The notes under the pieces were generated by a model. The model was not told the origin of the DNA and did no database searches. It saw only the letters and a program-made list of their open reading frames with translations. Shown here in pieces: positions 19,848 to 28,733 of a stretch of DNA of 34,433 bases. The position numbers and the translations under genes are program-made. The stretch's first letter is position 1; the number at the start of each line of letters is the position of its first letter. The DNA lies in the NCBI GenBank assembly GCA_027062325.1, contig JAMOTN010000044.1:1-34433 (forward strand), in the 5' to 3' direction. This DNA comes from a bacterium. GTDB taxonomy: Bacteria; JAMOTN01.

Positions 19848-20813
19848 ATGCCTATAAAGAGAAGAGAGGTTGAGATGAAGCCGACACGTTACGGATATGG
19901 AGAAGCACTTGTTGAGCTGGGAGCGTCAGATCCTAATGTGGTTGTACTTGATGCGGATCTTTCAAAATCTACGATGACCAAGTTGTTTGCTGAGAAGTAT
20001 CCGGAGCGTTTCTTTGATATGGGAATAGCAGAGCAAGATATGCTTGGAACTGCGGCAGGTCTTGCTATTGAGGGGAAAATACCATTTGTTTCGACTTATG
20101 GAGTTTTTGTTGCAGGAAGAGCGTGGGATCAGATAAGAACTACTATATGCTATAGCAACTTAAATGTTAAGATTGGTGGAGCCCACGGTGGAATCTCTGT
20201 TGGTCCTGATGGAGCAACTCACCAAGCTTTAGAAGAGATTGCTACTATGCGCTGCATACCGAATATGACAGTAATTGTCCCTGCTGATGCAATAGAGACG
20301 AAGAAAGCAACTTTGGCGGCAGCTCGTATGCATGGTCCTGTTTACTTGAGGTTTGGAAGGGCACCAACTCCAATATTTACTAAGGAAGATGATGAGTTTG
20401 TTGTTGGAAAGGCCAGAGTTTTGCGTGATGGAACGGATGTTGTTATATACGGTGCCGGTCCTCTTCTTTATGAAGCACTCCTTGCAGCAGAGGCTTTAGA
20501 AGAAGACAAAGGTTTATCTGTAGCTGTCATAAACGTTCACACGGTGAAACCAATAGATGTGGATACAATTGTTGAATATGCTAAAAAGTGTGGAGCTGCA
20601 GTGACTGTTGAAGAGCATCAGGTGATGGGTGGATTTGGAAGTGCAGTTGCAGAAGTTATTGTGCAAAATCATCCTATTCCAATGGAGTTTGTGGGAGTTC
20701 AGGATAGATTTGGAGAGAGTGGTAAGCCAGAAGAGTTGCTGCCGGCATTTGGTTTAGATGCTGAGACAATTTATGATAAGGTATTGAAGGTTTTGGAAAG
20801 AAAAGGTAATTAG
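19848..20813 (+). CDS. Transketolase, C-terminal subunit
   Basis: DADLSKST, GIAEQ, GPDGATHQ, GPVYLR and EEHQVMGGFGSAVAE motifs. Confidence 0.95.
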   Translation: MPIKRREVEMKPTRYGYGEALVELGASDPNVVVLDADLSKSTMTKLFAEKYPERFFDMGIAEQDMLGTAAGLAIEGKIPFVSTYGVFVAGRAWDQIRTTICYSNLNVKIGGAHGGISVGPDGATHQALEEIATMRCIPNMTVIVPADAIETKKATLAAARMHGPVYLRFGRAPTPIFTKEDDEFVVGKARVLRDGTDVVIYGAGPLLYEALLAAEALEEDKGLSVAVINVHTVKPIDVDTIVEYAKKCGAAVTVEEHQVMGGFGSAVAEVIVQNHPIPMEFVGVQDRFGESGKPEELLPAFGLDAETIYDKVLKVLERKGN

Positions 20814-20838
20814 TAAATACATTTTCGTAGACTGCAAC

Positions 20839-20867
20839 GCCCGGGGGTTCACCCGGGCTTTTTTTTT
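20839..20867 (+). terminator. Intrinsic terminator after the transketolase genes
   Basis: GCCCGGG-GGTTCA-CCCGGGC followed by nine T. Confidence 0.9.
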
Positions 20868-20939
20868 GCCTATATGTGTTAAAATAAAGTGTGAGTTTTA
20901 AAGTATAGATTTGATTTTTGCGTGATGGGAGGGGTTGGA

Positions 20940-22109
20940 ATGAAACCATTAGCAGAGCGTATGTCGAGGCTTGGGACGGAGACAGCATTTGAGGTTTTAG
21001 CAAAAGCAAAGGCTTTGGAGGCTAAGGGAATAGATGTGGTGCACCTTGAGATAGGAGAGCCTGATTTTGATACGCCTTCTAACATAAAGTATGCGGCAAT
21101 TGAAGCTATGATTGAGGGATACACACATTATAATCCTTCTCAAGGACTTCCTGAGACTCGTGCTGCGATTGCTGAGTACTTTGGTAGAAAGCGTGGAATA
21201 AAGGTAAATCCAGAAAATGTGATAGTTGTTCCTGGAGGAAAACCAATTATTACTTTTACCATACTGGCTCTTGTGGATGAGGGAGACGAGGTTATATATC
21301 CGGATCCGGGATACCCAATATACGAATCTGTTGCAAACTTTTGTGGAGCAAAGTGTATTCCAATACCATTACGTGAAGAGAACGAATTTAGACTTGATGT
21401 AAATGAGCTTGAAAAGTTGGTAAATGACAAGACAAAGCTTCTTGTTATAAACTCACCTCAAAATCCAACAGGTGGTATGCTGACTCGTGAGGATCTAAAA
21501 AGAATTGCAGAATTAGCTGTAAAGTATGATTTTTACGTTTTGGCAGATGAGATTTACTCGGAGATAATATACGAGGGGGAACATGAGAGTATACTTCAGT
21601 TTGATGGGATGAAAGATAGGACAATTGTGCTAGATGGATTTTCCAAGACTTATGCTATGACTGGATGGAGAATAGGTTACGGAATTGTTCCGGATCATCT
21701 CATAGATCACATGGTGCGTTTGGAGACAAATTTTAACTCTTGCACTACAACTTTTATACAGAAGGCTGCAATTGAAGCTTTGACAGGTCCTCAAGATGCA
21801 GTGAGGGCAATGGTTGAGGAGTTTAGAGAGAGAAGAGATGTTATAGTTGATGGAGTCAATTCGATTCCGGGACTGTCTTGTTTAAAACCCAAAGGTGCTT
21901 TCTATGTATTTGTCAACATTAAAGAGACTGGAATGGCAGCTAAAGAGATGGAGGAGTTTTTATTAAACGAAGCCCATGTTGCAGCTCTTGCAGGAACTTC
22001 ATTTGGTAAGTATGGCGAGGGCTACATAAGATTTTCTTATGCAAACAGTATTGAGAACATCAACAAGGCAATTGAAAGAATAAGAGAAGCTCTTGCAAGG
22101 AGGGGATAA
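20940..22109 (+). CDS. PLP-dependent class I/II aminotransferase (aspartate aminotransferase-like)
   Basis: GEPDFDTP, NSPQNPTG, DEIY, GFSKTYAMTGWRIG and YIRFSYA motifs. Confidence 0.95.
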   Translation: MKPLAERMSRLGTETAFEVLAKAKALEAKGIDVVHLEIGEPDFDTPSNIKYAAIEAMIEGYTHYNPSQGLPETRAAIAEYFGRKRGIKVNPENVIVVPGGKPIITFTILALVDEGDEVIYPDPGYPIYESVANFCGAKCIPIPLREENEFRLDVNELEKLVNDKTKLLVINSPQNPTGGMLTREDLKRIAELAVKYDFYVLADEIYSEIIYEGEHESILQFDGMKDRTIVLDGFSKTYAMTGWRIGYGIVPDHLIDHMVRLETNFNSCTTTFIQKAAIEALTGPQDAVRAMVEEFRERRDVIVDGVNSIPGLSCLKPKGAFYVFVNIKETGMAAKEMEEFLLNEAHVAALAGTSFGKYGEGYIRFSYANSIENINKAIERIREALARRG

Positions 22110-22156
22110 GGAGCAGTATTGTGGGCTAAAACAAGGAGAAAAGGAGGAGTTAGGAG

Positions 22157-22642
22157 ATGAGTGAAGGAAGATTGATGTTGAGAGATCTTCTCTATTATAA
22201 GGATTCAAGCACAAAGGAAGGTATATTGTCGGCTGCTAAGGTTGCGTTAGCAATTGCGATGATAGAGGATGACTACGATGATAAGTTGTTTGCAGAACTT
22301 GAAGAGGTGGGAGTAAAGGCTGTTGCAACTCGTGCTGGCGGGATAGGTGATAATGTCAAAAATAAGTTGATTCGCAATGCTATTGCTGCGGCTGAGAAGG
22401 CTGGAGTTGTTGAGGCAACGCCTACTAACAAAGACATTATAATAAGGTGCGTGGAGTCTGCAATGAAAATGTTTGAAGGTACACTCTCTTCCATTTTTGG
22501 AGGAGGTTTAAAGATAGGAATTGCGCGCTACAATGGGCAGATAGCTGTTGCCTTTTATGGAGTTATTGGAATTCCAGGTGTTGGTGGAGATCGCGAAGTT
22601 TGTGGGGTTGGAGTTATGAACTACGGTTTGGAAGGTGAGTAA
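22157..22642 (+). CDS. HutP-family protein (divergent)
   Basis: Colinear with recalled HutP sequences: AAEKAGVV, GLKIGIAR, IAVAFYGVIGIP and EVCGVGV match B. subtilis ASKKSGVI, GLRFAVLR, IAVSLYGTIGAP and ETFGVGI. Confidence 0.75.
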   Translation: MSEGRLMLRDLLYYKDSSTKEGILSAAKVALAIAMIEDDYDDKLFAELEEVGVKAVATRAGGIGDNVKNKLIRNAIAAAEKAGVVEATPTNKDIIIRCVESAMKMFEGTLSSIFGGGLKIGIARYNGQIAVAFYGVIGIPGVGGDREVCGVGVMNYGLEGE

Positions 22643-22643
22643 T

Positions 22644-23708
22644 ATGGGTAGAGTGCTTCTTGATAATGTTTATAAGAAGTATCCGACTCAACCTGATTAC
22701 ACTATTAAGGGAATAAATCTTGAGATAAAAGATGGTGAATTTATGGTGCTTGTTGGTCCATCGGGTTGTGGAAAAACAACAACTCTCCGTATGATTGCAG
22801 GTTTAGAAGATGTGACTGAAGGGCGCATCTACATTGGAGATCGTGATGTGACGGAGCTTCATCCAAAAGATAGAAACATAGCGATGGTATTCCAGAACTA
22901 TGCTCTTTATCCTCACATGACGGTTTACGATAACATGGCTTTTGGTTTGAGATTGCGTGGGGTGGATGAGGAGACAATTCGCAAGAAAATTGAGGCGACG
23001 GCTAAAATGCTTGGAATTTATGAGTATTTAAATAAAAAGCCGCGTGAGCTTTCAGGTGGGCAACGTCAACGTGTTGCTGTTGGAAGAGCAATAGTGAGAG
23101 AACCGGAGGTTTTCTTAATGGATGAACCGTTGAGTAACCTTGATGCTAAGCTTCGAGTTCAAATGAGAGCAGAGCTTGTAAAGCTTCATAGAAGAATTGG
23201 AGCTACCACGGTTTATGTCACTCATGATCAGGTTGAGGCTATGACAATGGGAGATAGAATTGCAGTATTTAATCTTGGGGTGATTCAACAAGTTGCTTCT
23301 CCGGAAGAGGTTTACAACAAGCCAGCGAATAAATTTGTTGCAGGATTTATAGGATCTCCTGCAATGAACTTTTTGGATGCAAAGGTTGAAGGGGGACGTG
23401 TTTATCTTGCAGGAGTTGAATTAGCTCGTGTAAATGTGGATGATGGAGAGTACTGGTTTGGAGTGCGCCCAGAGCATGTCAAACTGGGGAAAGGAGTTAA
23501 GGGAAAGGTTGATATTGTTGAGCTTCTTGGTGGTGAGTCAATTGCTCACATTGATACAGATGCAGGTAGAGTAGTGGTTAAATTTATGGGAGTGCCTGTG
23601 TCTGCTTCTCAAAATGTGGAGCTGAATTTAACAGGAAATAGGTGGTATCTGTTTAGGAAAGATGAGGATGAAAAGTGCGTATTTTTTGGTGGAAAAAGTG
23701 AAGTCTAA
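22644..23708 (+). CDS. Sugar ABC transporter ATP-binding protein (MalK/MsmX/UgpC family)
   Basis: GPSGCGKTT, VFQNYALYPHM, LSGGQRQR, DEPLSNLDAKLR and YVTHDQ motifs, with a C-terminal TOBE-like region. Confidence 0.96.
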   Translation: MGRVLLDNVYKKYPTQPDYTIKGINLEIKDGEFMVLVGPSGCGKTTTLRMIAGLEDVTEGRIYIGDRDVTELHPKDRNIAMVFQNYALYPHMTVYDNMAFGLRLRGVDEETIRKKIEATAKMLGIYEYLNKKPRELSGGQRQRVAVGRAIVREPEVFLMDEPLSNLDAKLRVQMRAELVKLHRRIGATTVYVTHDQVEAMTMGDRIAVFNLGVIQQVASPEEVYNKPANKFVAGFIGSPAMNFLDAKVEGGRVYLAGVELARVNVDDGEYWFGVRPEHVKLGKGVKGKVDIVELLGGESIAHIDTDAGRVVVKFMGVPVSASQNVELNLTGNRWYLFRKDEDEKCVFFGGKSEV

Positions 23709-23770
23709 GAAAAGGGATTTGATGATCTTGAGAGTAGTTTTTGAATGTTTTGAGGTATGGGGGGGTTTTT

Positions 23771-25399
23771 ATGAATTTTGTGAGAAAAACGCTTCTTATT
23801 AGTGGTTTGCTTTTTATGTTTGCAGTTGGGAGTATTGCTACTCCAATTGATTATCTTCAGAATTTATTGGTTAACAAAGGCGAGCCAATGCCTGTTTTAC
23901 TTTACGTAGATAAGGTTGATGGGTTTATAGATCTGGTTAAAAAGTTTATGGATGTGGGTATGAAGATTATGGCTATGAGAAATGGGGGAATGAACAAAGA
24001 TGATAAAGTAAAAATTGATTTGGCACTTTACATGATGGATGAGTTTAAAAAGTTAAACTTGGGTGATTTTGCACTTGGAATATTGGTTATGAAGGATAAA
24101 ACTATGAAGGTTCCGTTTGCATTGATAAAAGGGGATCCGCATGCTATTTTACAGAAGATTAAGAATTACATGGTAAGTGTAGAAAAATATGCCGAAAAGA
24201 TTGGTTTTGTTAGTAGAAAAAATGATCTTGTTCTTGAGAGAGAAAATACCAAAGCCTCTAATTGTTGGTTAATTCGAGATAAAGATATGAATGAAAAGTT
24301 AATTGCAGGTATTGAGTTTGGGAATGGATACACCATTGTCACAAGTTGGTATGCTGCTGCAAGACTTGAAGAGGGTTTTGTTAACAAAAAACTTGCCTTT
24401 TTCAAAGATTTGCCACAGGCTTCTATTTCTGTAAAAGCTTTACAGGAGCTGGCTAAAAAAGTTTCAGATAGTGATGTTGTGTTAGTGGGAAGTTTTGATT
24501 TAACTAATCAACAAAAAGAAAAGAAAGATAAGGTTTTGTGGCTTTCCTATATAGGAGTTCGTTTTAAAAAGACAAAGACTAAGATAGATGGATTGATGAA
24601 ACTTGTAGGGGATGAGAAGGCTCATAAGGAATACAAAAATATAGCGGCATCACTTGATGAGATGGCTAAAACTGGCATGATAACTTCATACGTTTACTCA
24701 GATCCAGTGTTTATGTTGGTTCTCAGGATTCCAACTCTTATATTTGACAAGATTAATATTAATAATGCACCTAATGCTCAAGCGGCTATGGTGATGCAGA
24801 TATTGAAGCAGTATTTTGGTGGAGAGATAGCTTTTGTAGTTGGTGGTTATCCTTCAATGATTAATATTGAGGAAGTGGCTCAATCTGCAAATCCAGTTGC
24901 TGTTCCTATAGTGGAATTGGCAGCAAAAGTTAAGAATCCAGAGCAGGTTAAGGCTCAACTTCAGGCTTTTGAGTTCATGCTTGCTCAAAAGGTTGGTGGA
25001 ATATCTCCAGAGAAAATTGATGGGATTGAATACAGAAAGTTTGCGGGTATTAGTGGTCAATTTGCTAATAATGGTGCAATTCCCGGATATGCAGTTGTGG
25101 ACAATGTTTTAGTTGTTGCAAGCAATCCGGAGGCTATAACTAAACGGGGTATAAAAGGTAAGTTTCCACCGCGTCTTACCATTGCTTTTTTAGTAAGTGT
25201 TGCAAAATTGATAGATATGGCAAAGGTCAACTTAGAACTGCAATACAAGAGTAAAAAAATTGATGAGAAAGTTTATCAACAGAGTGTAAAAGTATTAGAT
25301 GAGTTGAAAAATGTGATGAAATTTGTCAAAGTTGCTGGAGGTTACAGTGAAGATCCATCTGAGATGATAATTAAAGGAACGATTAAATACGGAGATTGA
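23771..25399 (+). CDS. Secreted hypothetical protein
   Basis: Long ORF with signal peptide-like N-terminus MNFVRKTLLISGLLFMFAVGSIA. No family recognised with confidence. Confidence 0.75.
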   Translation: MNFVRKTLLISGLLFMFAVGSIATPIDYLQNLLVNKGEPMPVLLYVDKVDGFIDLVKKFMDVGMKIMAMRNGGMNKDDKVKIDLALYMMDEFKKLNLGDFALGILVMKDKTMKVPFALIKGDPHAILQKIKNYMVSVEKYAEKIGFVSRKNDLVLERENTKASNCWLIRDKDMNEKLIAGIEFGNGYTIVTSWYAAARLEEGFVNKKLAFFKDLPQASISVKALQELAKKVSDSDVVLVGSFDLTNQQKEKKDKVLWLSYIGVRFKKTKTKIDGLMKLVGDEKAHKEYKNIAASLDEMAKTGMITSYVYSDPVFMLVLRIPTLIFDKININNAPNAQAAMVMQILKQYFGGEIAFVVGGYPSMINIEEVAQSANPVAVPIVELAAKVKNPEQVKAQLQAFEFMLAQKVGGISPEKIDGIEYRKFAGISGQFANNGAIPGYAVVDNVLVVASNPEAITKRGIKGKFPPRLTIAFLVSVAKLIDMAKVNLELQYKSKKIDEKVYQQSVKVLDELKNVMKFVKVAGGYSEDPSEMIIKGTIKYGD

Positions 25400-25413
25400 G
25401 GTGGGTGTGATTT

Positions 25414-25719
25414 TTGCAGGGAATAGATATACTCAAAGTTGAAAGGATGCTTTCGGCCTCAAAGCGATTGAAGGAAAGGTTTTTCAATGAAGGGGAGGAT
25501 GTGGTGTCCTCCTTTGCTGCCAAGGAGGCTTTTATAAAGGCAGCGGGGGGGCACTTTGCCTCATTTGTGTGGAAAGATTTAAAGCTTGTCAAATTGAGAA
25601 CAGGTGAGCCGTGGTTTGTAGCGCGAGGTACTGCGAGGAGATTGCTTGGAGTTAGAAGACCTCGTGTTACTGTTACAGATGAGAAAGAGTGTGTTGTAGT
25701 TGCTGTTGAGCTAGTGTAG
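25414..25719 (+). CDS. acpS: Holo-ACP synthase, short and divergent
   Basis: GIDI and FAAKEAFIKA motifs plus GEP. It lies upstream of nnr, a common gene order. Confidence 0.8.
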   Translation: MQGIDILKVERMLSASKRLKERFFNEGEDVVSSFAAKEAFIKAAGGHFASFVWKDLKLVKLRTGEPWFVARGTARRLLGVRRPRVTVTDEKECVVVAVELV

Positions 25720-25776
25720 TTGGAGAATTTAAGGAGTGATGAGTTTTTAAATTGGTAACTTGAGCGGAGGGATTGT

Positions 25777-27429
25777 TTGGGAATGGATAGATCTATAAAG
25801 GCTCGTGCAGTTTTGGGTCTAACGCCTGTAGCAACTTTTAAGCAAACTCGAAAAAATGATGATTACACTATTAACAAGTTGGGGATTGATTCCAAAATTC
25901 TCATGGAAAATGCAGGAAAGGCGGCTTTTGAAAATATATTGGATTTTGTGGAAGATAAGGGATTTTCATCCTCAAAATTTGTGATATTAGCAGGTGGTGG
26001 AAATAACGGTGGAGATGGGTATGTGATAGCTAGGTACTTAAAGAGGGCAGGATTTGATGTTCGTTGTGTTCAAGTTTCGGAGCCTAAAACTGATGAATGT
26101 GAATACAACTATGCTCTATGTAAAAAGGTGGGAGTTGAAATATTTCCACTTGAGAAGTTTGAATCGAAGTTGAGTGAAACGTTACTTGAAAGAATTGTGG
26201 TGGTTGATGCGGTATTTGGCACTGGATTTAAGGGAAAAGTTGAGGGAAGAATTAGGGCCTTAATGGAAAAGGTGGCTAAGTATCAACGGAATGGAAGAGT
26301 GTTAGTTGTAGCAATTGATGTTCCATCTGGATGGGGGAGTGAAGACGGTTTTTATCTACCAGCTGATCTTATAGTGACGTTTCAATATTTTAAGCGTGAA
26401 TTTTTAACGGAAGAATTGCTTAGTAAAACTTGCGTAAAAGTGGTTGATATAGGTTTGTTTGAACCTGTTAGTGGTGAGGGAGGGAGTGAGGAGCAAGGAA
26501 ATGATTTAGAACCTAAAGGGTATATGTTGAGAGATTGCTATGTTTTACTAAGAAAAAAAGAATACTCTCATAAGGGGATGGCAGGAAAGGTATCTATAAT
26601 TGCTGGAAATTTAGGAACTGTTGGTGCTGCTATTATGTGCTCGAGAAGTTGTTTTTTGGCAGGGGCTGGATTGGTTTATATGTTTATACCAGAGGAGGTT
26701 GCTCCTTTTGTAGATGTTGCTGTTCCAGAAGTGGTTATTGAGCCATATGATTCAAGAGATGTTGGGTTTTCTGATGATGTGCTTTTGCGTTTAGAAAAAT
26801 TGAGAGTAAATAGTGTTGTTGTTGGGCCGGGATTTGGTTTAGATAGAGGAAGATTGTTTAATTTGAAAGGAGTGCTGGATTCTTTTAGAGAGAAAGAGTG
26901 CTTTGTTGTAGTAGATGCAGATGGTTTGCAGGCTTTAGATGGTGTTTATAATGAAAGATTCCTTATAACTCCGCATCCTGCTGAAGCTGCTAGGTTGCTC
27001 GATGTTTCGTTGGAAGAGGTGCTGCAACATAAGGTTGATACGGCTGTGGAGTTGTGGAAAAAATTTAAAACAAGGGTTTTACTGAAAGGGACTCCAAGTG
27101 TTTATTTTAACGGTAAAAAGTATTTTGTATTTAATGATACTGAGCCTTCACTAGCTAAAGCAGGAAGTGGTGATATTTTGGCCGGGATTTTAGGAAGTTT
27201 ACTTAACTGGGAGATTAACATTGAGCTGCTAAAAAGGGGGCTTGTGGATGTTGAAATTGATTCTTTTGACGCTGCAGTAATTTTGGCTGTTAAATTGCAT
27301 ATAGAGGCTGCTAAGGTTGCAAGCGTAGAGACTGGAAAGGTTGCTTGCTATCCAACTAAAATTGTGGAGGCTATTCCCAAAGTTTTGAAAAGCTGGGAAG
27401 GAATTGTAAGTGAGGAGATTATTTATTAG
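25777..27429 (+). CDS. nnr: Bifunctional NAD(P)HX epimerase/dehydratase (YjeF)
   Basis: LMENAG, GGGNNGGDG, DAVFGTG and IDVPSG (epimerase). SHKG, GPG, VDADGL, TPHPAEAARL and AGSGDILAG (dehydratase). Confidence 0.93.
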   Translation: MGMDRSIKARAVLGLTPVATFKQTRKNDDYTINKLGIDSKILMENAGKAAFENILDFVEDKGFSSSKFVILAGGGNNGGDGYVIARYLKRAGFDVRCVQVSEPKTDECEYNYALCKKVGVEIFPLEKFESKLSETLLERIVVVDAVFGTGFKGKVEGRIRALMEKVAKYQRNGRVLVVAIDVPSGWGSEDGFYLPADLIVTFQYFKREFLTEELLSKTCVKVVDIGLFEPVSGEGGSEEQGNDLEPKGYMLRDCYVLLRKKEYSHKGMAGKVSIIAGNLGTVGAAIMCSRSCFLAGAGLVYMFIPEEVAPFVDVAVPEVVIEPYDSRDVGFSDDVLLRLEKLRVNSVVVGPGFGLDRGRLFNLKGVLDSFREKECFVVVDADGLQALDGVYNERFLITPHPAEAARLLDVSLEEVLQHKVDTAVELWKKFKTRVLLKGTPSVYFNGKKYFVFNDTEPSLAKAGSGDILAGILGSLLNWEINIELLKRGLVDVEIDSFDAAVILAVKLHIEAAKVASVETGKVACYPTKIVEAIPKVLKSWEGIVSEEIIY

Positions 27430-27466
27430 TCTGAGATGAGAATTAAACACTGTGGGAGGGATAGAG

Positions 27467-28681
27467 ATGGAAGAAAAAATTTATCAGCAGATTGAGAAAA
27501 TGCTTTCCAGCAGAAAGACAAATGTTAGATTAGAAGCGGTAGAGATGTTGAGAGAATATTCTACAGAAAAGGCTGTAAAGCTTTTGATCAAAGCTTTGAG
27601 TGATCCAAATGAAGAGGTAAGGTTGTTGGCTGCTAATATTCTACTTGAGAGAGGTTTAGAGGTTGTTGATGATTTGATAGAGGCTTTAGCGCATCCAAAG
27701 TGGATGGTAAGGAGAATGGCATCAACAATTTTAGCAGCTTTAGGAGATGATGTTGTTGATGATTTGATAAATGCTTTGTCTCATGATAACGATGATGTTC
27801 GTTACTGGGCAGCTCATGCTTTAAGTGGAATAGGTGGGGATAAAGCAAGAGAGGCAATAATAAAAGCTGCAGAGGAAAATAGAATTCCCAAACAGTGGTT
27901 GCCAAGGATTTTAATAGCTTTTCCAGATGATGAAAGAGTTGGAAAGCTTTTATTTGATATGCTTTCTGATAATAGATGGGTTAATAGGCGAGAGGCTGCT
28001 CAGGCTTTGGAGAGAGTCGCACAATTGAATGAAAGTGTATTGGAGATGCTCAAAAAAGGTGTTGATTCTCCAAATGATGATGTATGTTATTGGTCGCTGC
28101 AGGTTTTGGGGGTTATTGGGAGGACTCGTTCTGATATAGTTGATTTTCTTGCTAGAAAGCTTGAGGTTTGTGATGATGATATTCGCAGGGAGTTTATTGT
28201 AGATGCGATCGCAAAAACTGGGAGGAAAGAGGCGGCTCAAGTGTTGATAAAATTACTTGAGAGAGTTGACCTTGCCTCGACTCAAAGGAAAGCTGTAGAT
28301 GCTTTGATAGAAATGGGACAGGATATAGTGGATGTTTTGTTGAAGGAGTTAGAGAGTGCAGATGAGACAAAACGTTATTGGATATATCGTGTTCTTTATG
28401 GGTTGCATTATGACAGCATTGAAATTTACAAGAGGGCGTTGAAAGATCCAAGTTGGAAAGTGCGCAGTATTGCAGTTATGGCAATTGGAGATTTGGCAAA
28501 GAGTGAAGATGATGTTAAGGAGATATTGAAGCTTGCAGAGGATCCGGATAGTGAGGTTAGAAAGAGTGTTTTGATAGCCTTGAGAAATTACAAGGACAAA
28601 GAGTGGGCTCGTGAGGTTATAGAAAAACTTGCGAATGATTCTGATGAAGCTTGCAGAGTTTATGCTAGGAGCCTTCTTTAA
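27467..28681 (+). CDS. HEAT (PBS-lyase-type) repeat protein
   Basis: Tandem ~31-aa units: LSDPNEEVRLLAA, LAHPKWMVRRMAS, LSHDNDDVRYWAA, LKDPSWKVRSIAV, EDPDSEVRKSV. Confidence 0.9.
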   Translation: MEEKIYQQIEKMLSSRKTNVRLEAVEMLREYSTEKAVKLLIKALSDPNEEVRLLAANILLERGLEVVDDLIEALAHPKWMVRRMASTILAALGDDVVDDLINALSHDNDDVRYWAAHALSGIGGDKAREAIIKAAEENRIPKQWLPRILIAFPDDERVGKLLFDMLSDNRWVNRREAAQALERVAQLNESVLEMLKKGVDSPNDDVCYWSLQVLGVIGRTRSDIVDFLARKLEVCDDDIRREFIVDAIAKTGRKEAAQVLIKLLERVDLASTQRKAVDALIEMGQDIVDVLLKELESADETKRYWIYRVLYGLHYDSIEIYKRALKDPSWKVRSIAVMAIGDLAKSEDDVKEILKLAEDPDSEVRKSVLIALRNYKDKEWAREVIEKLANDSDEACRVYARSLL

Positions 28682-28733
28682 AGGTGAAAGTGGATTGCTT
28701 TAGTTGAATTTAGTATTGGGTAGGGAGGAGTTT

